NCBI GenBank assembly: GCA_043747615.1
Contig: JAYTOU010000045.1
Span: 1-19,398 of the forward strand
Direction of reading: 5' to 3'
Length of the DNA: 19,398 bases
DNA from: Myxococcales bacterium
Lineage (GTDB): Bacteria > Myxococcota_A > Polyangia > Polyangiales > Polyangiaceae
The position numbers and the translations under genes were made by a program. Below, in pieces: positions 8,552-16,631 of this stretch. Every line of letters starts with the position of its first letter. Position 1 is the stretch's first letter. The notes under the pieces are model-generated. The model had not been told where the DNA came from. It was given only the letters and a program-made list of their open reading frames with translations, and did not search any database.

Positions 8552-9367
8552 ATGCCTGAACACACATCCTTTTTGAGCTACCTCGTCGCGATGTTCCCTG
8601 CCCTCGGGGAGAACATGCGCAACCTCGGGCACACGGCGTTCGGCAAGCCCGTCACGGTCCACAGCGCAGAGCCGCTCCTCGCGAGCTTCCTCGTGTGCGT
8701 CTCACTGGCGATCCTTGCATGGGTCACCCGCTCGAAGGTCGTCGACTACGAAAAGTCGGTCATCCCCGAAGCCAAGCTCACCCTCAGCACCTTCATGGAG
8801 TTCTTCGTCAGCGTCTTCTACGACGCGACGAAAGACGTCATGGGCGCCAAGCGCGCCAAGAAGTATTTCCCGGTCATCGGCACCGCGGCGTGTTTTATCT
8901 TCTTCTCCAACGCGATCGGGCTCATCCCCGGCCTCACGCCGCCGACGTCTTCCTGGAACATCACCCTCGGGTGCGCGCTCGTCGTCTTCGTTCTCTTCAA
9001 TTACTGGGGGATCAAAGAGAACGGGTGGGGGTACTTCAAACACCTCGCCGGCCCCGTCTGGTACCTGGCGTGGCTGATTTTCCCGCTTGAGCTCTTGAGC
9101 GTGCTCATCCGTCCGATCACGCTGTCGATTCGGCTCATGATCAACATGGCGGTAGACCATCTCCTGGTGACGATCTTCACCGGCCTGTTCATGGTCTTCC
9201 TGCCGCTTCCGGTGATGCTCCTCGGAACGCTGGTCATCGTCGTTCAGACCTACGTTTTCTGCCTCCTCACGGCGATCTACATCACCCTCGCCACCGACCA
9301 CGAAGAGCACGATGCGCCGGAGCACGCGACGGGAGCGTCCCCGGCGACCGCCCACGCGGCGCACTGA
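8552..9367 (+). CDS. atpB: F0F1 ATP synthase subunit a
   Basis: FFSNAIGLIP, PPTSSWNITLG, RPITLSIRLMINM (essential Arg) and VQTYVFCLLTAIYI. His-rich tail. Confidence 0.97.
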   Translation: MPEHTSFLSYLVAMFPALGENMRNLGHTAFGKPVTVHSAEPLLASFLVCVSLAILAWVTRSKVVDYEKSVIPEAKLTLSTFMEFFVSVFYDATKDVMGAKRAKKYFPVIGTAACFIFFSNAIGLIPGLTPPTSSWNITLGCALVVFVLFNYWGIKENGWGYFKHLAGPVWYLAWLIFPLELLSVLIRPITLSIRLMINMAVDHLLVTIFTGLFMVFLPLPVMLLGTLVIVVQTYVFCLLTAIYITLATDHEEHDAPEHATGASPATAHAAH

Positions 9368-9427
9368 CCTCTAGCCACAAATCCGAAAAACGATTACACG
9401 CCAGCTCAACGTTCGTACCACCCTCTG

Positions 9428-9433
9428 AAGGAG
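9428..9433 (+). promoter_or_regulatory. Strong Shine-Dalgarno of atpE
   Basis: AAGGAG 6 nt before ATG 9440, preceded by an A/C-rich, G-poor spacer. Confidence 0.7.
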
Positions 9434-9439
9434 TCTTTT

Positions 9440-9793
9440 ATGTTGATCTCGAAGAACGGTATCGCGGCTTCTGTCGCAACCGCCGTAACGCTGCTCTCGA
9501 CCTCCGCGTTCGCTCAAGAGACGGCAGCGAAGGTTGCCGAGGCGGGCTCGAACGTCAACGACGTGAGGATGTGGGGAGCGATCGGCGGCGGCATCGCGGT
9601 CGGCCTCGCGGTTCTCGGCGGAGCAACGGGCCAGGGGCGCGCAGCAGCGGCCGCTCTCGAAGGCATCGCGCGTAACCCGGGCGCGGTTACCCGCGTTCAG
9701 ACCCCGATGATTCTCGCCCTCGCGTTCATCGAATCGCTCGTGCTCTTCGCGATCGTCGGCCTGCTCTTCATCCTCGGCATCATCGGCCGGTAA
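9440..9793 (+). CDS. atpE: F0F1 ATP synthase subunit c with N-terminal extension
   Basis: GLAVLGGATGQG, loop ARNP and ion-binding Glu in AFIESL. About 40 extra N-terminal residues. Confidence 0.95.
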   Translation: MLISKNGIAASVATAVTLLSTSAFAQETAAKVAEAGSNVNDVRMWGAIGGGIAVGLAVLGGATGQGRAAAAALEGIARNPGAVTRVQTPMILALAFIESLVLFAIVGLLFILGIIGR

Positions 9794-9798
9794 CCGAA

Positions 9799-11505
9799 TC
9801 AGTTCGCCTTTGGACCTCGGCGGAAGTCGAGGAGCGCGTGGCCGGTCCAGAAGAGGGCGGCCACGCTCAGCATGCCGAAACCGAGGGTACCGTGCGCTTC
9901 CCCTTTGATGAGGAGCGTGCCGCACCCCAGTAGCGTAGCGACGACGATCGCCGTGAAAAGACGCCTTCCGAGGCGATCGGTGGCCCGCGGCAGCTCCGGG
10001 TCCACGGTGCGGACGCTGAGGCGCCCGAGCCGGAGATCGTCGAGCACTTCACGCAGCTGCATGGGCATGTCGTAGCCGACGCGGGAAAGCTGCTCCACGC
10101 CGCGCCAGAGGTCGTTCCCGATGCGTTGCGGCGAATAGCGCTGCTTGAGCAAGTCTAGGAAGTAGGGGCTGGCTTCGCCGAACACGTCGAGATCGGGATC
10201 GAGCTCTTTCCCGATGCCCTCGATGGTCATCAGCGATTTACCCACGAGCATGAAATCGGTGGGGATCTCGAGGCCGTATTTCATGGCCCCTTGCACGAGA
10301 TCGCGAATCATCGACGACAGCTCGATTTCCTTGAGCGGTCGGCCGAGATATTTTTCGGCGAGCAACGCCACCTCGGCGCGGTACTCGCGCATATCGATTT
10401 TTTTCGTCGGCCGACCGATGGCGTAGAGGGCGTCGGCGACCGCGTACGTGTCCTTGCGAACCGCGCCGACCATCATGTCGATGGTGCAATCACGAAGCTC
10501 GGGGCTCAGCCGCCCCACCATTCCTACGTCAATGAGGCCGATGATTGGCTGCTCCGGCGTGCCCATGATGATGATGTTGCCCGGGTGCGGATCAGCATGA
10601 AAAAAGCCATGCTCGAAGATCATCTTGATGACCAGGCCGACCGCTCGCTTGGCGATCGCGGGGCCGCTGAAGCCTTCTTTGATGGCCTGATCGATTTTTC
10701 GTCCGTCGAAGAACTCCAGGGTGAGCACGCTCTTCGAGCTCGCCTGCTTGTAGACCTTCGGGAATCGGATGTGGGGCTGGCTTGCGAAATTTTTTGCGAA
10801 GCGCTCGGCGTTGTCCGCCTCGATCATGAAGTTGAGCTCGCTCGTGATCGACCGGTCGAACTGCTGGACGAGCCCGATCGGCGAGTAGATCTTCGTCTCC
10901 GGGATCGCGCGCTCGACCGCCGCGGCCATGATGTGGAGCAGCTCCAAGTCGCGCGCCACTGTTGCCGCGACGCCCGGGCGTTGCACCTTCACCACCACCT
11001 CGACGTTGCCGTCGGGCGTAGCGAGGACAGCGCGGTGCACCTGTCCGATCGAGGCTGTGGCGAGCGGCTTCTCCTCGAAGCTCACGTACACGTCGCTCAG
11101 CGAAGCCACCAGGCTCTCCTCGATGACCTTCTTGATCGCCTCGAAGGGGACCGGAGGGACCTCGTCCTGGAGCTTCTTCAGCTCGGTGATGACGTCCGCC
11201 GGGAGGAGGTCCGGGCGGGTCGAAGCGATCTGCCCGAGCTTGATGAACGATGGACCGAGATCTTGAAGAACGAGGCGCGTGCGTTCGCCAACCGAGATGC
11301 GCTCCTTCTCGTCTTCGCCGCGTGCGACTTCTTCCGCCGCGATTTCCGGATCGTCTCCGGGCGGAGGTTCGGAGCCCGTTTTTGCTTTGCGAGTACGGCC
11401 AAATCCGGCGCGGGCGACGATCTCGCCGAAGCCGTGCCGCACGAGCACGGCGGAGATCTCGCGGAGCCTCCCGAGATCTCTAACCGCGGAGAGGACGGAA
11501 ATCAC
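9799..11505 (-). CDS. AarF/ABC1/UbiB family atypical kinase with two C-terminal TM helices
   Basis: LGPSFIKLGQIASTRPD, ATASIGQVH, VVVKVQRP, FFHADPHPGN and IDVGMVG. Start GTG 11505 overlaps the upstream stop as GTGA, which is better than 11559. Confidence 0.93.
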   Translation of the reverse strand: MISVLSAVRDLGRLREISAVLVRHGFGEIVARAGFGRTRKAKTGSEPPPGDDPEIAAEEVARGEDEKERISVGERTRLVLQDLGPSFIKLGQIASTRPDLLPADVITELKKLQDEVPPVPFEAIKKVIEESLVASLSDVYVSFEEKPLATASIGQVHRAVLATPDGNVEVVVKVQRPGVAATVARDLELLHIMAAAVERAIPETKIYSPIGLVQQFDRSITSELNFMIEADNAERFAKNFASQPHIRFPKVYKQASSKSVLTLEFFDGRKIDQAIKEGFSGPAIAKRAVGLVIKMIFEHGFFHADPHPGNIIIMGTPEQPIIGLIDVGMVGRLSPELRDCTIDMMVGAVRKDTYAVADALYAIGRPTKKIDMREYRAEVALLAEKYLGRPLKEIELSSMIRDLVQGAMKYGLEIPTDFMLVGKSLMTIEGIGKELDPDLDVFGEASPYFLDLLKQRYSPQRIGNDLWRGVEQLSRVGYDMPMQLREVLDDLRLGRLSVRTVDPELPRATDRLGRRLFTAIVVATLLGCGTLLIKGEAHGTLGFGMLSVAALFWTGHALLDFRRGPKAN

Positions 11506-12068
11506 CCTGCGTCGGATGCGTCCACGGGAGCTACCGATGCGTCGGATTGCGGGTTGCAACCCACCGGCTCGCAGTTGAACTCGAGTACGCCGCTATCTTT
11601 GTTCGCACCGACACACTGGCACTTATCGACGTTTTGGGTGGTCGCACCCGGGCAGGTCGGACCCGGGTAGTTGCATACGAGGCCGGGGGTCTTGCAGCTT
11701 GTGTTCGCTGCCGAGCTCTCGCTCGAGGGGCATTCCTTCGCGTTCCCACCGCCGGCGGACACGCACACCGGGTTCTCCGGATCGACGGCCTTGCCCATGG
11801 AGTCGACGCACGCGTACTTGCCCATCGTGCAGGTGCAGTTGGCCTGCTCGGAGAGGAACTGCCCGCACGGAAAGCCGATCGGACACATGAAGCCTTCCTG
11901 GGTGCACGCTTGGCCCTGCGCGAGCTTCACCGTGTTCGGGCAGAAGGGAGCGGGCTTCTGCGCCTCGGGTGTGGACGTTTCCGATGTGCAGCCGGCCAAG
12001 GCCAGGCCCGACGCAACGAAGACGGTGCCGAGAGCGAGCGCAATCTGGAGGCGCGACAAGTTCCGCAT
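11502..12068 (-). CDS. Cys-rich lipoprotein with two tandem disulfide modules
   Basis: MRNLSRLQIALALGTVFVASGLALAGC (lipobox LAGC), with GAAAGGG upstream of ATG 12068. Two CP-x10-C-x3-G-x2-C...CxC...C repeats and a DAS/DAG tail. Confidence 0.8.
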   Translation of the reverse strand: MRNLSRLQIALALGTVFVASGLALAGCTSETSTPEAQKPAPFCPNTVKLAQGQACTQEGFMCPIGFPCGQFLSEQANCTCTMGKYACVDSMGKAVDPENPVCVSAGGGNAKECPSSESSAANTSCKTPGLVCNYPGPTCPGATTQNVDKCQCVGANKDSGVLEFNCEPVGCNPQSDASVAPVDASDAG

Positions 12069-12160
12069 AAGAAATAACCCTTTCGTTCCGATACGAGAGC
12101 GACTTCCCGGGCGGTTTAGGCCGGTCCGGGGGGAAGCCACATAACGTTTCGCGGGCTAAA

Positions 12161-12186
12161 CCTCAAGATGCGTCGAACATCCGAGG
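12161..12186. terminator. Hairpin downstream of the L,D-transpeptidase gene (possible weak terminator)
   Basis: Minus strand CCTCGGATG-TTCGACG-CATCTTGAGG followed by TTTA. The U-tract is short. Confidence 0.3.
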
Positions 12187-12239
12187 CGACGAACTGGCGC
12201 TTTTGAGACTTGGGAGCGCACGAATCGCCCGGAAAAGCC

Positions 12240-13580
12240 CTAACGCACGCGGACTGTGGTCCCTTTTTCGACGCCCATGGGAAGCGCGGCGCTCCACCCA
12301 CGCGGAAGATGCGGCAGGGTCCATCCGAAGAGGCGGCGGGCGTCGATGGGCGCGAGATTCACGCAGCCGTGGCTGTGAGTACGACCGAAATCGCGGTGCC
12401 AGAACGCGGCGTGAAGGCCGACCCCCTTGTCGAAAAACTGAACGTAGGGAACGTCTTCGATCGAATAGCGTGCACCGGGCTCCTGGGCCTTCGCGGGGAG
12501 AGCGTCCGCGGACGTCTCGCCGAGCTCGAGATTTCCCATGTCGGTGGTCGCCAACTTGACCCAGATGCGGTGGGTGCCTTTCGGCGTGCCCGTCTCACTT
12601 CCCTGAGCGCCGCGGCCCGTCGAGACGAGCGTCGCGAACACGGGTTTCGGTCCTTCGTAGGCGACGAGGGTCTCGCTCGCGAGCTCGACATCGATCCAGC
12701 GCTCGTCAGCCCCGAGCTCCGACGGAGGCGGAGAAAGCGTCGGGTGCGCAAGATCGCGTGCGGACATCCATTCGCTGGGGGTGACGCCGTCTTCCGAAAT
12801 ACGAATCATGACGCCGCCACCGCTCGGCCTCTCCTCGCGCCACGGGACGACCTGAAATCGCACGCGCGTACCTACACCAGCCCCGCTGGCGGCCTGCCCG
12901 ACCTTGGGACCCCGTAGAACGTTTGCGCGCTCGGCGGTGACCCACGCAAAATCGAGCGTCGAGATGTCTTCTCCGTGGAAGGTCGACGGATGGGAGAGGC
13001 CAAGCTCGCGGAGGGCAACCCACTTGCCGCGGTTCGTTCTTCCCCAACTCTCTCCATGCATCGAGCGCACGTCGGTGATGGCGACGGCGAAGCCAGGGTC
13101 GAGCTCTTGGGACGGCGCATCGTCGAGCGCGCTCTCGAGGCGATCGAAGCCCGACGCGCCTCCTTTCCCGACGAAAAAATAACGAAACGGAAGACCGTCG
13201 GCGAGCGTGGCAGCCGGCTCCGGGAGCTGCGGCTCGGCGGGCGAAAGCTCGGTCGCATCCGAGCAGATCCAAGCCAGCGGCCCAACGAGGAGCCAGCGTC
13301 CTGCGCAGCTCCCACCGCGCTTCGCTCCGTAGAGAGGTAGCCTCACCCCCTCGACCGCGCTGCCTCGGCGAAGGTCGAGCATCCCGGCCGCGGCGAAGAT
13401 CGGCGTCTCTGATTTCTTGGGCACCACCGACTTGGCCCACGCGGGCAGCGGAATGTCCTGCGGGTCCGTCCACGGCGGCATCTCCCGCGAATCGGCATGC
13501 GCGGTCGAGCACACGCACAAGAGCAGGCAGACGAAAGCGTGCGCAGCCCGGCACGAACGGCCCCGCGGCCCCGAGGTCAC
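12240..13580 (-). CDS. L,D-transpeptidase (YkuD family), exported
   Basis: Signal-like N-terminus ending AHA. WIDVEL, VSTG, TPKG and catalytic GLHAAFWH...SHGCVNL. Confidence 0.92.
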   Translation of the reverse strand: MTSGPRGRSCRAAHAFVCLLLCVCSTAHADSREMPPWTDPQDIPLPAWAKSVVPKKSETPIFAAAGMLDLRRGSAVEGVRLPLYGAKRGGSCAGRWLLVGPLAWICSDATELSPAEPQLPEPAATLADGLPFRYFFVGKGGASGFDRLESALDDAPSQELDPGFAVAITDVRSMHGESWGRTNRGKWVALRELGLSHPSTFHGEDISTLDFAWVTAERANVLRGPKVGQAASGAGVGTRVRFQVVPWREERPSGGGVMIRISEDGVTPSEWMSARDLAHPTLSPPPSELGADERWIDVELASETLVAYEGPKPVFATLVSTGRGAQGSETGTPKGTHRIWVKLATTDMGNLELGETSADALPAKAQEPGARYSIEDVPYVQFFDKGVGLHAAFWHRDFGRTHSHGCVNLAPIDARRLFGWTLPHLPRGWSAALPMGVEKGTTVRVR

Positions 13581-15418
13581 AGGTCTTTCGATTGCGGGAG
13601 GCGCAGCTTGAACGTCGCTCCGCGGTTGGTCGACGTCACGGTGATCGTCCCTTGATGCTCGTCGGCGATCTTCTTCACGATGGCCAACCCGAGGCCGGTG
13701 CCACCTTTTTTTCCGCTGGTGACGAAGGACTGAAAAAGGCGGTGCTCGATCTCTTTGGGGATCCCGGGGCCGGTGTCCGCGAAGGTCATCACCACTTCGT
13801 CGAGCTCTTTGTCGCGCATGACTTTGATCTGAAATTTTCCGCCCTTGTCGGCCATGGCCTCTTCGGCGTTGCGGGCGAGATTGTGGATCACCCGGAGCAT
13901 CTTCCCCTCATCGAAGCGAGCGGTGCCTTTGTCGAGCACGTCGACCACCAGCTCGATGCCGTGACGCGTGAGCTGCGGCTCGAGCTGCCCCTTCACGTCG
14001 GCGAAAAAATTCTGGAGGTACACCTTGCGAATGAGGATGGTTCGCTCGCCGCGGGCGAAGTCGAGCACGTCCCGCTGCATGGCGCTCAAGTGGTCGAACT
14101 GCTTCAAAACAAGCTCGGCGAACTCATCGCGCTTGCCGCGCTTCTCTTCGAGCTGCATCAGCTGCACGTAGCCGCTGATGACCGTGAGAGGGGTCTTCAT
14201 GTCGTGAATGACCCCGGACAGAAGGCGACCGATGGTGGTGAGCCGCTCCTCTCGCTCCCGTGATTCGCGGGCGAGTTGCAAACGAATGGCGGTGGAAGCG
14301 TTGGCCGAGATGAGAAGAAGGAGCACCCGGTCTTCTTCCGTAAAACCTGGCCCGTTTCTCTTGTTGAAGAGGGAAATCGCGCCCATCGTTCCGTCTTCCC
14401 CTTCGAGCGGGAGAGCGAGGGCCGACGCGCAATGAAAACCGACGAGGTCGTCGAGCTCTTTGTCGCTCCGCTGATCGGGCGAGTCCTCGGTTTTGAAGGC
14501 CAGCTGATTGTGGCGCATGGCTTGGCCGATGAGCCCCTGCCCTTCCTTGAGGGCGAAGCGGCGAAGCTTCTTGTGCTTGTCGTCGACGAGATGGAGCGAG
14601 ATCGTTCCCGACACTTCATCGCGAAGCGCGACCCCCGCCGCGCGCGCTTCGCACGAGCGCATCGCTTCGCCAAGCACGGCCATGAAGAGGTCTTCGAGCG
14701 ACGACGCGCGGGCCATCGAGCTCTCGAGACTGAAGAGGAGCTTGAGATCCCGCACCCGGTGCTCAAGCTGCTCCTTCGTCTCGATGAGCTGCATGTTCTT
14801 CTGGATGACCGACAGAAATAGCCTTGAGTTGTCGATCGAAACGGCAGCCTGGGTGGAGAGCGCTGCGAGGAGCTCGATGTCCTCTTCGCTGAACTCGCCG
14901 CGAACTTTGTTGAGAACCTGGATGACGCCTATGGTCTTTCCGAGGTGATTTTTCATCGGCGCCGCGAGGATCGAGCGCGTGCGGTACCCCGAGAGCATGT
15001 CCCACTCCGGGTTGAAGCGCGCGTCCTTGTACGCGTCGCGAACGTGGAGCGGTTTGCCAGTGCGCGCCACGTGACCCGCGATGCCGTGGCCTATTTTCAA
15101 GCGGATCGAGCGAACTTCTTCCCCTTGCACGATGCGCGAGATGAGCTCGTCTTTCGCTTCGTCGAGGAGGTAGAGGGTCGCACGCTCGGCCTCCACAGCC
15201 TCTGTAATCTTGTGCAAGATGAGCTCGAGGACCTGATCGAGGTCCATGGTGGTTCCGAGCGCGAGCCCCACTTCGCGGAGGGCGGCGCTGATGCGCGTCT
15301 CGCGCGCGAGCGCTTCTTCGAGGTCCTCCACGGTGCGTGCGCGCCGCGGGCCTGACGCGACCTCACGGGTCGTGACGGCGGGCGCTCCGGGGGGACGGAT
15401 TGTGTCCGACTTGGCCAC
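13577..15418 (-). CDS. Cytoplasmic GAF-GAF sensor histidine kinase
   Basis: Two GAF domains (GIAGHVARTG...VLNK...FSEED; GLIGQAM...LFNK...FTEED), H-box HDMKTPL, NLARNA, DTGPG and GTGLGL. No TM segments. Confidence 0.92.
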   Translation of the reverse strand: MAKSDTIRPPGAPAVTTREVASGPRRARTVEDLEEALARETRISAALREVGLALGTTMDLDQVLELILHKITEAVEAERATLYLLDEAKDELISRIVQGEEVRSIRLKIGHGIAGHVARTGKPLHVRDAYKDARFNPEWDMLSGYRTRSILAAPMKNHLGKTIGVIQVLNKVRGEFSEEDIELLAALSTQAAVSIDNSRLFLSVIQKNMQLIETKEQLEHRVRDLKLLFSLESSMARASSLEDLFMAVLGEAMRSCEARAAGVALRDEVSGTISLHLVDDKHKKLRRFALKEGQGLIGQAMRHNQLAFKTEDSPDQRSDKELDDLVGFHCASALALPLEGEDGTMGAISLFNKRNGPGFTEEDRVLLLLISANASTAIRLQLARESREREERLTTIGRLLSGVIHDMKTPLTVISGYVQLMQLEEKRGKRDEFAELVLKQFDHLSAMQRDVLDFARGERTILIRKVYLQNFFADVKGQLEPQLTRHGIELVVDVLDKGTARFDEGKMLRVIHNLARNAEEAMADKGGKFQIKVMRDKELDEVVMTFADTGPGIPKEIEHRLFQSFVTSGKKGGTGLGLAIVKKIADEHQGTITVTSTNRGATFKLRLPQSKDL

Positions 15419-15438
15419 GATCGTAGCGTATCAAAACT

Positions 15439-15844
15439 TCACTTCGGACGCGTCGCCATCCAGATGTCGCTCATTCCCTGGGCACCCGTACCCCCGCGAT
15501 CGCTCGCAAAATAGAGGGTGCAGCCATCGGCGCTGATCGATGTAGGCCACTCCTGGCTCGACGTATTGAGCTCGGAGACGTTGGTCGGGGGGCCGAAGCC
15601 ATCGGCCAGATTCGTTCGGCGCGCGATCCAGATGTCCTCTGCGCCCGCGCTCCCGGTCGAGCGATCGGAGCCAAAAAAACAAGGTCAAACCGTCGCTCGT
15701 TGGAACGGGGTAGCCGGTGTTCGCCGAATTCGTACTCACGCCGACCAAGGAGGGCGCGGCGAAGCTTCCGCCTTCGGAAGCCGCATCGCTGCTCGGTGCG
15801 TCGACGCCCGAGAAGGCAAGTGCGCGGCAGAGTGAGACGCACAC
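15439..15844 (-). pseudogene. Frameshifted, truncated PD40 (TolB-like beta-propeller repeat) gene remnant
   Basis: Removing one base from the A7 run at 15673-15679 joins ...YPVPTSDGLTLFF to GSDRSTGSAGAEDIWIARRTNLADGFGPPTNVSELNTSSQEWPTSISADGCTLYFASDRGGTGAQGMSDIWMATRPK* (stop at 15439). This gives two PD40-type repeats. Confidence 0.8.
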
Positions 15845-15908
15845 ATTCCGAAACTAGTATGCACTCCTCTTTTCAGCGCGGCCAAGCCGGGCTAAGACGC
15901 GACTCGCC

Positions 15909-16631
15909 GTGAAAAAACGCACGCTCATCGTCACGCCGACGTACAACGAGAAGGACAATCTGCCTCGATTCATCGCTGGCGTGCGAGGGGCCGTTGCAGA
16001 CGCGCATGTGCTCATCGTCGACGACAACTCGCCCGACGGCACGGGAGACATCGCCGACGCCATCGCCGCGAAGGACGATCACGTTCACGTGCTCCATCGC
16101 GCGGGCAAGCTCGGCCTCGGCACGGCGTACATCGCCGCGTTCACGAAGGGCCTGAAAGACGGCTACGACCAGTTCTTCGAGATGGACGCCGATCTGTCGC
16201 ACGACGTCCGCTACTTGCCTTCGTTCCTGCGCGCTCTCCGAGATGGCGCCGACGTCGTCATCGGCTCTCGCAACATCGCGGGCGGCGGGGTCGAGGGCTG
16301 GGGCCCCGGGCGGCACGTCATCTCCAAGGGCGGATCAATCTACTCGCGCACCATCCTCGGCCTCGGCGTGAAAGACCTCACCAGCGGCTACAAAGCCTTT
16401 TCACGGCGGGCCCTCGAGGCGATCGATCTGCCGAGCGTCCACTCCAACGGCTACTCCTTCCAGATCGAAATGACCTACCGCGCGATCTTGAAAGGCATGC
16501 GCGTGAAAGAGGTCCCGATCGTTTTCGTCGATCGCACGGCGGGCAAGTCGAAAATGAGCCGCAAGATTTTCCTCGAGGCCGTCGGCGTGGTGTGGAAGCT
16601 CCGCGCGGATGCGATGCGCGGAAAAATCTGA
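15909..16631 (+). CDS. Polyprenol monophosphomannose synthase (DPM1-like GT2 glycosyltransferase)
   Basis: PTYNE, VDDNSPDGTG, GKLGLGTAY, EMDADLSHD, DVVIGSR, DLTSGYK, SNGYSFQIE and FVDRTAGKSKM. Confidence 0.93.
   Translation: MKKRTLIVTPTYNEKDNLPRFIAGVRGAVADAHVLIVDDNSPDGTGDIADAIAAKDDHVHVLHRAGKLGLGTAYIAAFTKGLKDGYDQFFEMDADLSHDVRYLPSFLRALRDGADVVIGSRNIAGGGVEGWGPGRHVISKGGSIYSRTILGLGVKDLTSGYKAFSRRALEAIDLPSVHSNGYSFQIEMTYRAILKGMRVKEVPIVFVDRTAGKSKMSRKIFLEAVGVVWKLRADAMRGKI

Noticed and set aside
7733..9793. ATP synthase cluster lacking atpF/H/A/G/D/C as a sign of a novel Fo-only complex
   Set aside because: Split atp operons with atpIBE separate from the rest are common in deltaproteobacterial lineages. 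The other genes are probably elsewhere in the genome.
9799..11505. Assigning the symbol ubiB
   Set aside because: Family membership is clear, but there is no ubi gene context to support a ubiquinone role.
10291..11670. 459-aa plus-strand ORF
   Set aside because: Antisense shadow of the AarF kinase. Such shadows are common in high-GC DNA, and it has no motifs.
12113..12124. Minus-strand CCGGCCTAAACC resembles part of the c-di-GMP-I riboswitch
   Set aside because: The required upstream GCAAACC...GAAA...GGACGCAAAG elements are absent, so this is a short chance match.
15431..15844. Listed ORFs 15431..15844, 15471..15842 and 15518..15835 as intact genes
   Set aside because: They are better explained by one frameshifted PD40 remnant.
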